From positions 1 to 36,856 of the forward strand of contig JBIIYD010000003.1 in NCBI GenBank assembly GCA_044347005.1: 36,856 nt of DNA. The letters are read 5' to 3'. Shown piece after piece: positions 9,538 to 17,481 of the stretch (the first letter of the stretch is position 1; the number at the start of each line of letters is the position of its first letter). Both the position numbers and the translations under genes were made by a program. The DNA is from Flavobacteriales bacterium (GTDB lineage Bacteria > Bacteroidota > Bacteroidia > Flavobacteriales_F > PHOS-HE28). Below the pieces are notes generated by a model. The model was not told the origin of the DNA, made no database searches, and saw only the letters and a list, made by a program, of their open reading frames with translations.

Positions 9538-10779
9538 TCACCGCCCCACGCGCTTCAGGTCGCCGCTGCCCACCACCATGGTGGTCACTTGGTCCGTGGT
9601 GTAGTTGACCTCTGCATCGCCCGATCCGATCACCTGGGCGCTGCCGCGCTCCGCAGCGAAGGCCCCTGCTTGCACATCGCCAGAGCCCGTCAGCGACACG
9701 TCCAGCTGCGTGGTGCTGCCGGCAACAACGATATCGCCGCTGCCCGCCAGGTCAAGATCGGTCCTCCCTTTCACCTCCGCATGGCGGCACATGATCCGGC
9801 CGGAACCCTGCATGTCAAGCCGCAAGGCGGAAAGGTCCTGCAGCGCCAAGGCCTCGATATCGCCGGAGCCCTTCACACTGAGCTCCATGGCTCCGGGCCC
9901 GGTAAAGCGGCCCAGGAGCGCATCACCCGATCCGCTCAACACAAGCCCGCTGAGGTTCGGCAGATGCACCACGACCCGCGTGGAAAAGCTGGACCCTCCC
10001 GGGATCTTGGCGATGGTCACCGGTCCGATCCACACCTTTGTTCGACGCTTGGGGTGGCCTTCTGCCTGGACCTCGCGGTGGTCCTTCTGCCTGATGGTGA
10101 GGGTGCCGCCCTTCACGGTGGCCTCCACGTATGGCAGTTCATCGGTCGGGCCGATGGCCACCACCGAGAAGGGACCTTGGTAGAATTCCACCTGGAGGGA
10201 GCCCAACAGCGTCACCTTCTCGAACCCGGTGAGGTCGAAGCGCCGCTCCGTTTCCGAGGTCGAGGTCGGGGCCGCAGCCATGGATCGCGTCGGTGCGGGG
10301 GGAGGCGTGGCTGAAGGCGCAGGGGAGGATCCGGCCGAAGGTCCAGGCACCTGCAGCGGCGTTGGTGCAGGTGGGGCGGGGTCCACCGCAGCGAATGGCG
10401 CATCGGGTGCCGGGTCCGCGGTAAGCACAGGGCGGACCTGCGCGGACGGTGTGGTGGCAGGCGTCAGTGATGCCGCTGGCTCAATGACAGCAGGAGGTGC
10501 CGGGTCGCTTTCAATGGCCTGCGCGGGTGGCGGTATGGCCTGTAATGCGGATGGCGGCGTGGTGGGGTCGGTGCTCAGGAAGTAGAGCACTCCACCGATG
10601 AGAAGTGTGCTTGCAGTGGTCATGAGGATGGTGTTGAGGTTGATCTTACGGTACCACGGCTTAGGTGGCGGCGGCGGAGGGAACTGGCCCACCCACTGTT
10701 GCACCCGGTCGAGGGTCACTTCCAGGGGAAGTGAACGGAGCAGATCAAGCTCCGGGGTTCGGCGATCGTGGACGGTCAT
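9538..10779 (-). CDS. Membrane-anchored GIN/DUF2807-domain protein, probable anti-sigma partner
   Basis: ATG 10779 overlaps the sigma TGA; short N-domain, TM (TLLIGGVLYFL), Pro/Ala linker, repeated GSGD motifs. Confidence 0.75.
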   Translation of the reverse strand: MTVHDRRTPELDLLRSLPLEVTLDRVQQWVGQFPPPPPPKPWYRKINLNTILMTTASTLLIGGVLYFLSTDPTTPPSALQAIPPPAQAIESDPAPPAVIEPAASLTPATTPSAQVRPVLTADPAPDAPFAAVDPAPPAPTPLQVPGPSAGSSPAPSATPPPAPTRSMAAAPTSTSETERRFDLTGFEKVTLLGSLQVEFYQGPFSVVAIGPTDELPYVEATVKGGTLTIRQKDHREVQAEGHPKRRTKVWIGPVTIAKIPGGSSFSTRVVVHLPNLSGLVLSGSGDALLGRFTGPGAMELSVKGSGDIEALALQDLSALRLDMQGSGRIMCRHAEVKGRTDLDLAGSGDIVVAGSTTQLDVSLTGSGDVQAGAFAAERGSAQVIGSGDAEVNYTTDQVTTMVVGSGDLKRVGR

Positions 10780-11336
10780 GGCAACAGGGTGATGAGGGTG
10801 AGCAGGGTGCGGATGCGGGCTGGGTTGGCTGTGGTGGGCCTGTCGCTCAGGAAGCCACGCAAGGCGGATCTGGCGCGGCTCACCCGCGTCTTCACCGCAC
10901 CCTCGGAGCTGTTCTGCACCACGGCGATCTCGGCCATGGGCAGTCCGGTCACCTCGAAGAGGAGGAGCGCTTCGCGCTGATCGGCGGGCAGCTTGTCCAG
11001 TGCGCGGTAGAGGAGCTGCACATCGAGCAGGGTCTCGGCGCTCACTCCCTGGGCGTGCAACCGCGCCATCTGGCGCTCCTCCACATCGGCCGTGCGACGG
11101 CGTACGCGCCAGGTGCTGATGGCCCGGTTGCGTGCCGCGCGCAGCAGGTAGTGCAGCAGCTCGTCGGGCCTTTCGATGCGCTCGAAGTGATGGAAGGCGG
11201 AGAGCAGCACGTCCTGCATCAGGTCCTCGGCGTCCATCCGCCCATGCGCCAGGGCCGAGCAGTAGCGGGCGAAGCGGTCGTGGCAGCCTTGGTAGGCCCG
11301 CATGAAGGCGGCCCGTTGGTCCTCTGTTGATGCCAT
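10776..11336 (-). CDS. ECF RNA polymerase sigma-70 factor
   Basis: DAEDLMQDVLL (region 2); LPADQREALLL..GLPMAEIA..EGAVKTRVSRAR (region 4). Confidence 0.92.
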   Translation of the reverse strand: MASTEDQRAAFMRAYQGCHDRFARYCSALAHGRMDAEDLMQDVLLSAFHHFERIERPDELLHYLLRAARNRAISTWRVRRRTADVEERQMARLHAQGVSAETLLDVQLLYRALDKLPADQREALLLFEVTGLPMAEIAVVQNSSEGAVKTRVSRARSALRGFLSDRPTTANPARIRTLLTLITLLP

Positions 11337-11360
11337 GGATGGATCGCGTTGCAAGGAGGT

Positions 11361-11388
11361 ATGTCGAGGTACCGGGCGAAAGGTTACA
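11361..11388 (-). promoter_or_regulatory. Candidate ECF-type (autoregulatory) promoter
   Basis: Minus strand TGTAACC-N15-CGACAT just upstream of the sigma ATG. Confidence 0.45.
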
Positions 11389-11468
11389 CGCAGGGTGAAA
11401 AATGCACCGCATGCCACCCACACCGCCCCCTCAGGCCCGCCTCGCAGGACGACCACCCAAGGGCATCC

Positions 11469-11726
11469 TTACAGGCCCTCCGCCCATTCCATCGCCGCCT
11501 TGGGCACCTCGTGATCGAATAGTTCGAACAGCTTGGGGATCTCGCCGCGCGTGAACAGGTCGTAGCTCTCCTGCATGGTGGCAAGGATGCGCATCAGGGT
11601 GCTCTTGCCGGCGCCGTTGGGCCCCAGCAGGCCGAACATGCCGGTGGGGATGTGCAGGCTGACATTGTCCAGCGCTTTCACGCCGTTGCCGTAGGTCTTG
11701 CTGAGGCCTGTGATGCTTAGTTCCAT
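11469..11726 (-). pseudogene. Truncated duplicate of the ABC ATPase 5' end fused to an unrelated tail
   Basis: First 53 codons nearly identical to 9282-9124 ([19 protein letters not shown]), then 32 unrelated residues; no Walker B. Confidence 0.85.
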
Positions 11727-11827
11727 GGATAGAATGGGTGTGTTGCGGGGTGAAGATGCAGCACCGTTTTCGAACAGCGCGGAGGCCATCCATGAACGGT
11801 GATGAAGTGGGATGGGCGGCGGTGCGT

Positions 11828-11920
11828 GAATTTCCAATGATCGATGGCCAATGTTCAATGATCAAGTTCGCATCGCAGGCACTTGAGCATTGATACTTGA
11901 GAATTGGACGTTGATCATTC
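11828..11920. repeat. Heptamer palindromic element E4, just after the dinB stop
   Basis: Shares a 23-bp identity ttgagaattggacgttgatcatt (11897-11919) with E2 (4760-4782). Confidence 0.9.
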
Positions 11921-11923
11921 CCA

Positions 11924-13150
11924 TCATGTTCTCCTGTTCGCCAACAACACCGGCGCCTGCCCATCAAAAGGGTTGTCCATCCGGCCGATGCTCTTCGCAT
12001 CCATACCGGCCGCGCGCATCACGGTGCGGTCGCCGAAGCGCTTGCGGATCTTGTCCATCGCCTGGTACAGGTCCATGGCCTCCTGCGTATCGGTGAAGGC
12101 ATCCATCTGGTGCCCGCCGCCCACCAGGTGACTGAAGCGCACGCCGATCAAGCGGATCCGTTGGCGCCGGTCGTAGAGCGTGCGGAACAGCTCGTGTACC
12201 GCGGGCAGTATGATGTGGTCGCAGGCGGTGTAGCCTAGGCGGATCTGTTTGGTGTGCGTGTTGAAATCGGCATAGCGGATCTTCACCGCGATGCAACTGG
12301 TGAGCTTGTCGCCCTTGCGCAATTGGAAGGCGAGGCTCTCGGCCATGGCGGTGAGCATCCCTTTCAGTTTCACCACATCGATCGTGTCGCGCTCGAAGGT
12401 GCGCTCCGTGCTGATGCTCTTGCGCTCGTGCCAGGCGATCACCGGACTGTCATCGATGCCGTTGGCCTTGCGCCACAGCACAGGCCCGTGCTCGCCCAAC
12501 AACCGATGCATCAGGTCCACCTGCAGCTCCTGCAGCGTGTGGATCTTCGCCACGCCCATGCTGCGCAGCAGGTGCGCGGTCTTCTCGCCCACGCCGGGGA
12601 TGCGCTCGATGGGCATGGGCGCCAGGAAGGGCTTCTCCGTACCGCGCTCCACGTACCATTCGCCCGTGCCTTGCTTGGCCTCGCCGGTGGCCACCTTGCT
12701 CACCGTCTTGTTGATGCTCAGCCCGATGCTGTTCGGCAGGCCGGTCTCCTTCACGATCAGTCGCCGCAGTTCGGTGGCCAGCTTCCAACTGCCGAAGAAG
12801 CGGTCGGTACCCGTCAGGTCCACGTAGAACTCGTCCACGCTGCTTTTCTCGAACAGCGGAACCTGCGTGCGGATCACCTCCGTCACCTCATCGCTCTTCT
12901 GCAGGTAAGCCCCGCTGTCGCCGCGTAGAATGATCGCATCGGGGCAGAGCTGCTTGGCCATCTTCATCGGCATTGCGCTGCGCACCCCGAAGGAGCGTGC
13001 CTCGTAGCTGCAACTGGCAACCACGCCACGGTCGCTGTCGCTGCCTATGAGTACGGGTTTGCCCATCAGCCGCCTCTCGCGCAGGCGCTCCACGCTCACG
13101 AAGAAGGTGTTGAGGTCGAGGTGGAGGATGGTGCGCTCGCCGTTTTCCAT
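11924..13150 (-). CDS. dinB: DNA polymerase IV (Y-family)
   Basis: HLDLNTFFVS, SYEARSFGVRSAM, SVDEFYVD, IPGVG, KSISTERTF, RLIGVR; start 13150 or 13171, both within a repeat. Confidence 0.95.
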   Translation of the reverse strand: MENGERTILHLDLNTFFVSVERLRERRLMGKPVLIGSDSDRGVVASCSYEARSFGVRSAMPMKMAKQLCPDAIILRGDSGAYLQKSDEVTEVIRTQVPLFEKSSVDEFYVDLTGTDRFFGSWKLATELRRLIVKETGLPNSIGLSINKTVSKVATGEAKQGTGEWYVERGTEKPFLAPMPIERIPGVGEKTAHLLRSMGVAKIHTLQELQVDLMHRLLGEHGPVLWRKANGIDDSPVIAWHERKSISTERTFERDTIDVVKLKGMLTAMAESLAFQLRKGDKLTSCIAVKIRYADFNTHTKQIRLGYTACDHIILPAVHELFRTLYDRRQRIRLIGVRFSHLVGGGHQMDAFTDTQEAMDLYQAMDKIRKRFGDRTVMRAAGMDAKSIGRMDNPFDGQAPVLLANRRT

Positions 13151-13222
13151 TCTACATTTTTCATTCATCATTTTTCATTCCCGTGGGCAGTGGTGAATGG
13201 CGAATGGTCACTGGTGAATTGG
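13140..13222. repeat. Heptamer element E5 overlapping the dinB start
   Basis: Minus strand: accagtg accattc gccattc accactg ... gaatgaa aaatgat gaatgaa aaatgta gaatgga aaacggc. Confidence 0.8.
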
Positions 13223-13240
13223 GGCCGCCTTAACGGGCTG

Positions 13241-13261
13241 CCTGCCTGCCGGACAGGCAGG
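13241..13261. repeat. CCTGCCTGCCGGACAGGCAGG palindromic REP
   Basis: One-base variant of the 20-mer at 14488-14507. Confidence 0.8.
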
Positions 13262-13420
13262 TTCGCTGTAGTCGGCTCGTCGGGTCCTGCGGGCGCGGGG
13301 CTCCGGGGTCACCTTCTGGCGTCGGTTCCTCCTCGCTCCACGCGCACGCAAGGCCTCGCCTTCGCCGGGCTGCCGCTCCCATCCCTGGCGGAGGTCCCCG
13401 TCCCACCAACAGTTCCATGT

Positions 13421-13437
13421 TGACAACATAATCGTCA
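13421..13437. promoter_or_regulatory. Candidate operator TGAC-N9-GTCA in the dinB / ORF6N-repressor divergent region
   Basis: tTGACaacataatcGTCAtat, in an AT-rich patch about 25 bp from a -7 box. Confidence 0.5.
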
Positions 13438-13461
13438 TATCGCGGTCAGTAAAATAGGCAT

Positions 13462-13469
13462 TACATTTG
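13462..13469 (+). promoter_or_regulatory. Bacteroidota -7 promoter element
   Basis: TACATTTG matches TAnnTTTG, 25 bp before ATG 13494. Confidence 0.6.
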
Positions 13470-13493
13470 TCCGTCGGATAACTGATCAGCATT

Positions 13494-14079
13494 ATGATGG
13501 GAACCCTGGCAGTCGGCCTTCCTCGCAAGTCCCCGCTCACGGACCTGCTTCCCTTGGAGTACCTCGTGGTAGCGGAGCCGCCAGTTCGGTACACGGCCAT
13601 CACCCCGCCCGATGCCGTGATCATGGACAAGATCCACCTCGTCCGGGGGCAAAAGGTCATGTTGGATAGTGATCTAGCCGACCTCTATGGCGGAACGGTC
13701 AAGACACTTAAGCAGGCGGTCCGCCGGAACATCGACCGTTTCCCCGGGGACTTCATGTTCGAGCTGACCATGGAGGAAGCGCGGACAGAATATCAAGTAC
13801 CGGCCCTTCGCCTTCACCGAACACGGCATCCTTATGCTGGCCAATGTGCTGCGCAGCGAGCAGGCGATCGCCGTCAGCATCCGAATTATCAGGGTCTTCA
13901 ACCGGATGAGGGAGGTGCTGCTTACACACCGGGAACTTCTCCAGAAGCTGGAACAACTGGAGGGTCGCCTCACGGGCCACGACGAGGAGATCCAAGCCGT
14001 TTTCGATCACCTTACGGAATTGGTCGCACCCGCCGAGCAGTCGTGCAAGCCCATCGGTTTCAAACCCGGCGAAGCATGA
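13494..14079 (+). pseudogene. ORF6N domain protein copy 1, frameshifted by an internal deletion near 13780
   Basis: KIHLVRGQKVMLDSDLADLY..FPGDFMFELTMEEA, then a different frame reads RGQNIKYRPFAFTEHGILML..KPIGFKPGEA. Confidence 0.85.
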
Positions 14080-14680
14080 ATACTACAATGCACACCTTGG
14101 TCATGGAGCCGCCTCCACCATACACGGTAATCGCCCCACCCGATACGGTCATTACCGGTCGCATCCACATCATCCGGGGCCAGCGTGTGATGTTGGACCG
14201 TGATCTGGCCGAACTCTATGTTGTTGAGACGAAGCACCTTAAGCGTCAGGTGCGGCGGAATCTCATCCGCTTTCCCGAGGATTTCATGTTCGAGATGACA
14301 TCCGCCGAGTGGGCCGCTTTGAGGTACCAATTTGGCACCTCGAACGAGGAAATCCTCTCAGAACGAGGTGGTTCCAAGGTGCTCCCCATGGCCTTCACGG
14401 AGCAAGGCGTGGCCATGCTCTCCAGCGTGCTGAACAGTGAGCAGGCCATCTTGGTCAATATCCACATCATCCGTGTCTTCACCCGCACCTGCCTGCCGGC
14501 AGGCAGGTGCGGGAAGTGCTCCTTTCGCATCGGGAGTTCCTCCAGAAGCTGGAGCAACTGGAGGGCCGCCTCACCGGCCATGACGAGGAGATCCAAGCCA
14601 TTTTTGATCACCTCACGGAGTTGGTCGCACCCGCCGAGCAGTCGCGCAAGCCCATCGGTTTCAAACCACAAGATCCCTGA
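14076..14680 (+). pseudogene. ORF6N domain protein copy 2, frameshifted by a 20-bp palindrome insertion
   Basis: RIHIIRGQRVMLDRDLAELY..PMAFTEQGVAMLSSVLNS; removing 14488-14507 restores FTRMREVLL..KPIGFKPQDP*. Confidence 0.88.
14488..14507. repeat. Perfect 20-bp palindrome CCTGCCTGCCGGCAGGCAGG inserted in an ATG codon
   Basis: Comparison with the paralogous copy 1 (ttcaaccggATGagggag). Confidence 0.9.
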
Positions 14681-14761
14681 TCCCCGCGTTCCAAGCAGCC
14701 GTCAACAGTCATAGTACATCGGACATTCCCCAGCAACCGTCAACCGTAATACACTCCCACC

Positions 14762-15589
14762 ATGGCAAACCCCGTCTTCGGATCCAACATCAAGCTCCTC
14801 CGCTCGCGCCGCGGCCGCTCGCAGGAGGAAACCGCCATCGCCCTTGAGGTGAAGCGCTCCAGCTACAGCGGCTATGAGAACGGCACGGCCGAGCCCTCTT
14901 TCGAACTGCTCGTGCGCATGAGCGAGTATTTCAAGGTCAGTCTCGATCGCCTGCTGAAGGACGACCTCAACGCCCTGGGCGAAAGCCAGCTCGGCGTGCT
15001 CGAGCGCGGCGGCGACGTGGACCTTAGCGGCCGTCGCCTGCGCGTGCTGGCCACCACGGTCGACAGGGAGGACCGCGAGAACGTGGAACTGGTGCCCGAG
15101 AAGGCCAAGGCCGGCTACGCCGCCGGCTACGCCGATCCGGAATACATCAGCATCCTGCCCACCTTCCAGATGCCCTTCCTCAGTCGCGACCGGAAGTACC
15201 GCACCTTCCAGATCAGCGGCGACAGCATGCCGCCGGTGAGCGAGGGTTCCTGGGTCACCGGTGAGTACGTGCAGAACTGGCAGACCATCCGCGACGGCCA
15301 GCCCTACATCGTGGTCACCAAGGACGAGGGCATCGTCTTCAAGGTGGTGTACAACCAGCTGAAGGAGAAGGGCAACCTGTTGCTGTGCAGCACCAACCCG
15401 CTCTACAGCCCCTACGAGGTGGGCGTCAACGGCATCCTGGAGATCTGGAAGTTCGTGCACTTCATCAGCGCCGAATTGCCCGAACCCAACATGAGCCGCG
15501 ACGAACTGGCCCGGAGCGTAGTGGAACTGCGCAAGGAAGTGGGGCAGCTGCGTCTGGCCATGGAGCAGCAGGGCAGGCTGGCATTCTGA
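14762..15589 (+). CDS. XRE-HTH / peptidase S24 LexA-like repressor
   Basis: N-terminal HTH (SQEETAIALEVKRSSYSGYENG); Ala-Gly site KAKAGY; FQISGDSM (Ser) and VFKV (Lys) dyad. Confidence 0.9.
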   Translation: MANPVFGSNIKLLRSRRGRSQEETAIALEVKRSSYSGYENGTAEPSFELLVRMSEYFKVSLDRLLKDDLNALGESQLGVLERGGDVDLSGRRLRVLATTVDREDRENVELVPEKAKAGYAAGYADPEYISILPTFQMPFLSRDRKYRTFQISGDSMPPVSEGSWVTGEYVQNWQTIRDGQPYIVVTKDEGIVFKVVYNQLKEKGNLLLCSTNPLYSPYEVGVNGILEIWKFVHFISAELPEPNMSRDELARSVVELRKEVGQLRLAMEQQGRLAF

Positions 15590-15620
15590 GCCATGGAAGG
15601 CAGGGGTTACCTTGTGGTCC

Positions 15621-16955
15621 ATGCGGAACTATGCCATTGATAGACTACGCGCCCCGTTCGGGGAATTTATGCGGGACCAGTCCACGGGAGGAGTCTTGCT
15701 CTTCATTAGCGCCGTGGTAGCCATGGTATGGGCGAACTCGCCTTGGAGCGAGAGCTACCACCACTTCTGGGAGCACACCATCGCATTCAGTGTGGACCAA
15801 TGGAAGTTGGAGCGTACGATTCACCATTGGATCAACGATGGCCTCATGGCCATGTTCTTTTTCCTGGTAGGGCTCGAATTGAAACGTGAAGTGGTGGGGG
15901 GCGAACTTTCCAAGCCGCGCGATGCCATCCTTACGGTGGCCGCCGGGTTGGGTGGCATGGTAGTGCCTGCGTTGATCTTCCTGCTGTTCAACCCGAGCGG
16001 CGAAGCACATGCGGGCTGGGGTATTCCCATGGCCACGGATATCGCCTTCGCCGTCGGGCTGCTGGCGTTGCTCGGAAGCCGGGCGCCTGTGGCCCTCAAG
16101 GTCTTCATCACCACCCTGGCCATAGCCGATGACTTGGGCGCGGTGTTGGTCATCGCCATCTTCTACACCTCGGATATAAGCTTCGCCAACCTCGCCGTTG
16201 GTGCTGCTTTTTTGCTCATGCTCGTTGCCGGCAATGTGCTGGGCATCCGCAACCCATGGTACTATGCGGTCTTCGGTATCGGGGGCATGTGGACGGCCTT
16301 CCTGCTCAGTGGTATCCATGCCACGGTCGCCGGGGTATTGGCGGCCTTCGCCATCCCGGCCGTTACGCGGATGGATGAGATCACCTACATCAAGCGGATC
16401 ACCAGATACATACGGGAGTTCGCTGCGTTAAAACCCAACCAACTGCCCACCCTTACGGAAGAGCAGTTGCAAGTGATCGAGAAGATCGATGAGGCCAGTG
16501 AGAATGCCGAGACGCCTTTGCAGCGCCTGGAGCATAAGCTACAACCGCTTGTCATGTTCGTGGTCATGCCGCTCTTCGCCCTGGCCAACGCAGGGGTGGA
16601 GCTCCCCGATAATATGGGTGCTGCTTTTTCGGGCTCTGTCACCCTTGGTGTGGGCCTTGGTCTGCTCTTGGGAAAACCCATCGGCATCCTGCTCACGTGC
16701 TGGGTCCTGGTGCGTTTGGGTTGGGCGCGCATGGCGTCCAAGTTGTCCTGGGCACATCTTGTCGGGGCTGCATTTCTCGCCGGCATAGGATTCACCATGT
16801 CATTGTTCGTGAACGAGCTGGCATTCGAGCATGAGGAACTGCGGGAGCAGGCCAAGCTTGGCGTCCTGGTGGCATCCATTATCGCTGGCGTTGCCGGCTT
16901 TGTATTGCTTCGGCGCTTGCCGCATGCTGTGATCGAGGAGGAGCACGCGGATTGA
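15621..16955 (+). CDS. nhaA: Na+/H+ antiporter NhaA
   Basis: WINDGLMAMFFFLVGLELKRE, GWGIPMATDIAFA, LAIADDLGA, GIGFTMSLF. Confidence 0.97.
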   Translation: MRNYAIDRLRAPFGEFMRDQSTGGVLLFISAVVAMVWANSPWSESYHHFWEHTIAFSVDQWKLERTIHHWINDGLMAMFFFLVGLELKREVVGGELSKPRDAILTVAAGLGGMVVPALIFLLFNPSGEAHAGWGIPMATDIAFAVGLLALLGSRAPVALKVFITTLAIADDLGAVLVIAIFYTSDISFANLAVGAAFLLMLVAGNVLGIRNPWYYAVFGIGGMWTAFLLSGIHATVAGVLAAFAIPAVTRMDEITYIKRITRYIREFAALKPNQLPTLTEEQLQVIEKIDEASENAETPLQRLEHKLQPLVMFVVMPLFALANAGVELPDNMGAAFSGSVTLGVGLGLLLGKPIGILLTCWVLVRLGWARMASKLSWAHLVGAAFLAGIGFTMSLFVNELAFEHEELREQAKLGVLVASIIAGVAGFVLLRRLPHAVIEEEHAD

Positions 16956-17005
16956 GGTCAGGTCATCAATGTTATTTCAATGTTAACAAACAGTGAACAA
17001 TAATG

Positions 17006-17013
17006 TATATTTG
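17006..17013 (+). promoter_or_regulatory. Bacteroidota -7 promoter element
   Basis: TATATTTG in an AT-rich intergenic region, 17 bp before ATG 17031. Confidence 0.65.
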
Positions 17014-17030
17014 TGCGTATCACTATCATC

Positions 17031-17429
17031 ATGCGTCTCCTGCTCATCTTACTTACGACCCTGTTCATAGGCGGTATTTCCGCCCAAGGGTCCTTGGTGC
17101 AAGAACATTGGCCGGATGGAAGTCTACGGTCCACACGCTATAGCGAGGCCGGCCGGATGCACTTCATCAACTACCACGAGAACGGCCGCGTGAAGGAGAT
17201 GGGAAGCTACCTGAACGGTAAGCGCGATGGCCTTTGGAACCAATACACCGACACCGGGGTCCTGCTCGCGCGTGCCACCTTCCACGATGGTGTGCGTCAG
17301 GGCGTTTGGGAGTTCCGCACCGCCGACGGGCAGCCTTTGGGAACGCTGCGTTACAGCAACGGTCTTCTCACCCAGGGTCAACTCCTCGATGATTCCGGAG
17401 AACTGGTAGCTCAACGCGATTATCGCTGA
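17031..17429 (+). CDS. Secreted MORN-variant (YwqK-like) repeat protein
   Basis: Signal peptide; YHENGRVKEMGSYLNGKRDGLW-type repeats. Confidence 0.8.
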   Translation: MRLLLILLTTLFIGGISAQGSLVQEHWPDGSLRSTRYSEAGRMHFINYHENGRVKEMGSYLNGKRDGLWNQYTDTGVLLARATFHDGVRQGVWEFRTADGQPLGTLRYSNGLLTQGQLLDDSGELVAQRDYR

Positions 17430-17481
17430 GCCGATCGTTCAAGTCCGTGCTTTGGGAAAAAGTATTCTTCGTTCCCGTCGG

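Noticed and set aside
10780-11421. N-terminal extension of the 627-aa ORF
   Set aside because: Overlaps the sigma gene in another frame; the coupled start at 10779 is more plausible.
4691-11920. CRISPR array or classical integron
   Set aside because: Repeats are kilobases apart and degenerate; no cas or intI gene and no RYYYAAC/GTTRRRY attC ends recognised.
11924-13150. ImuB (inactive Y-family) call
   Set aside because: Catalytic motifs (D in HLDLN, SVDE) are retained and no imuA is present, so DinB fits better.
9124-14680. DGR template/variable repeat pairs (ABC duplicate, ORF6N 3' ends)
   Set aside because: Differences are mostly synonymous and not adenine-specific; no reverse transcriptase in the window.
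13494-14714. 406-aa single ORF
   Set aside because: Chance read-through joining copy 1's N-half, out-of-frame sequence and copy 2; explained by two frameshifted ORF6N genes.
14762-15589. Prophage CI repressor
   Set aside because: No phage structural, integrase or replication genes nearby; the context is dinB/dnaE2.
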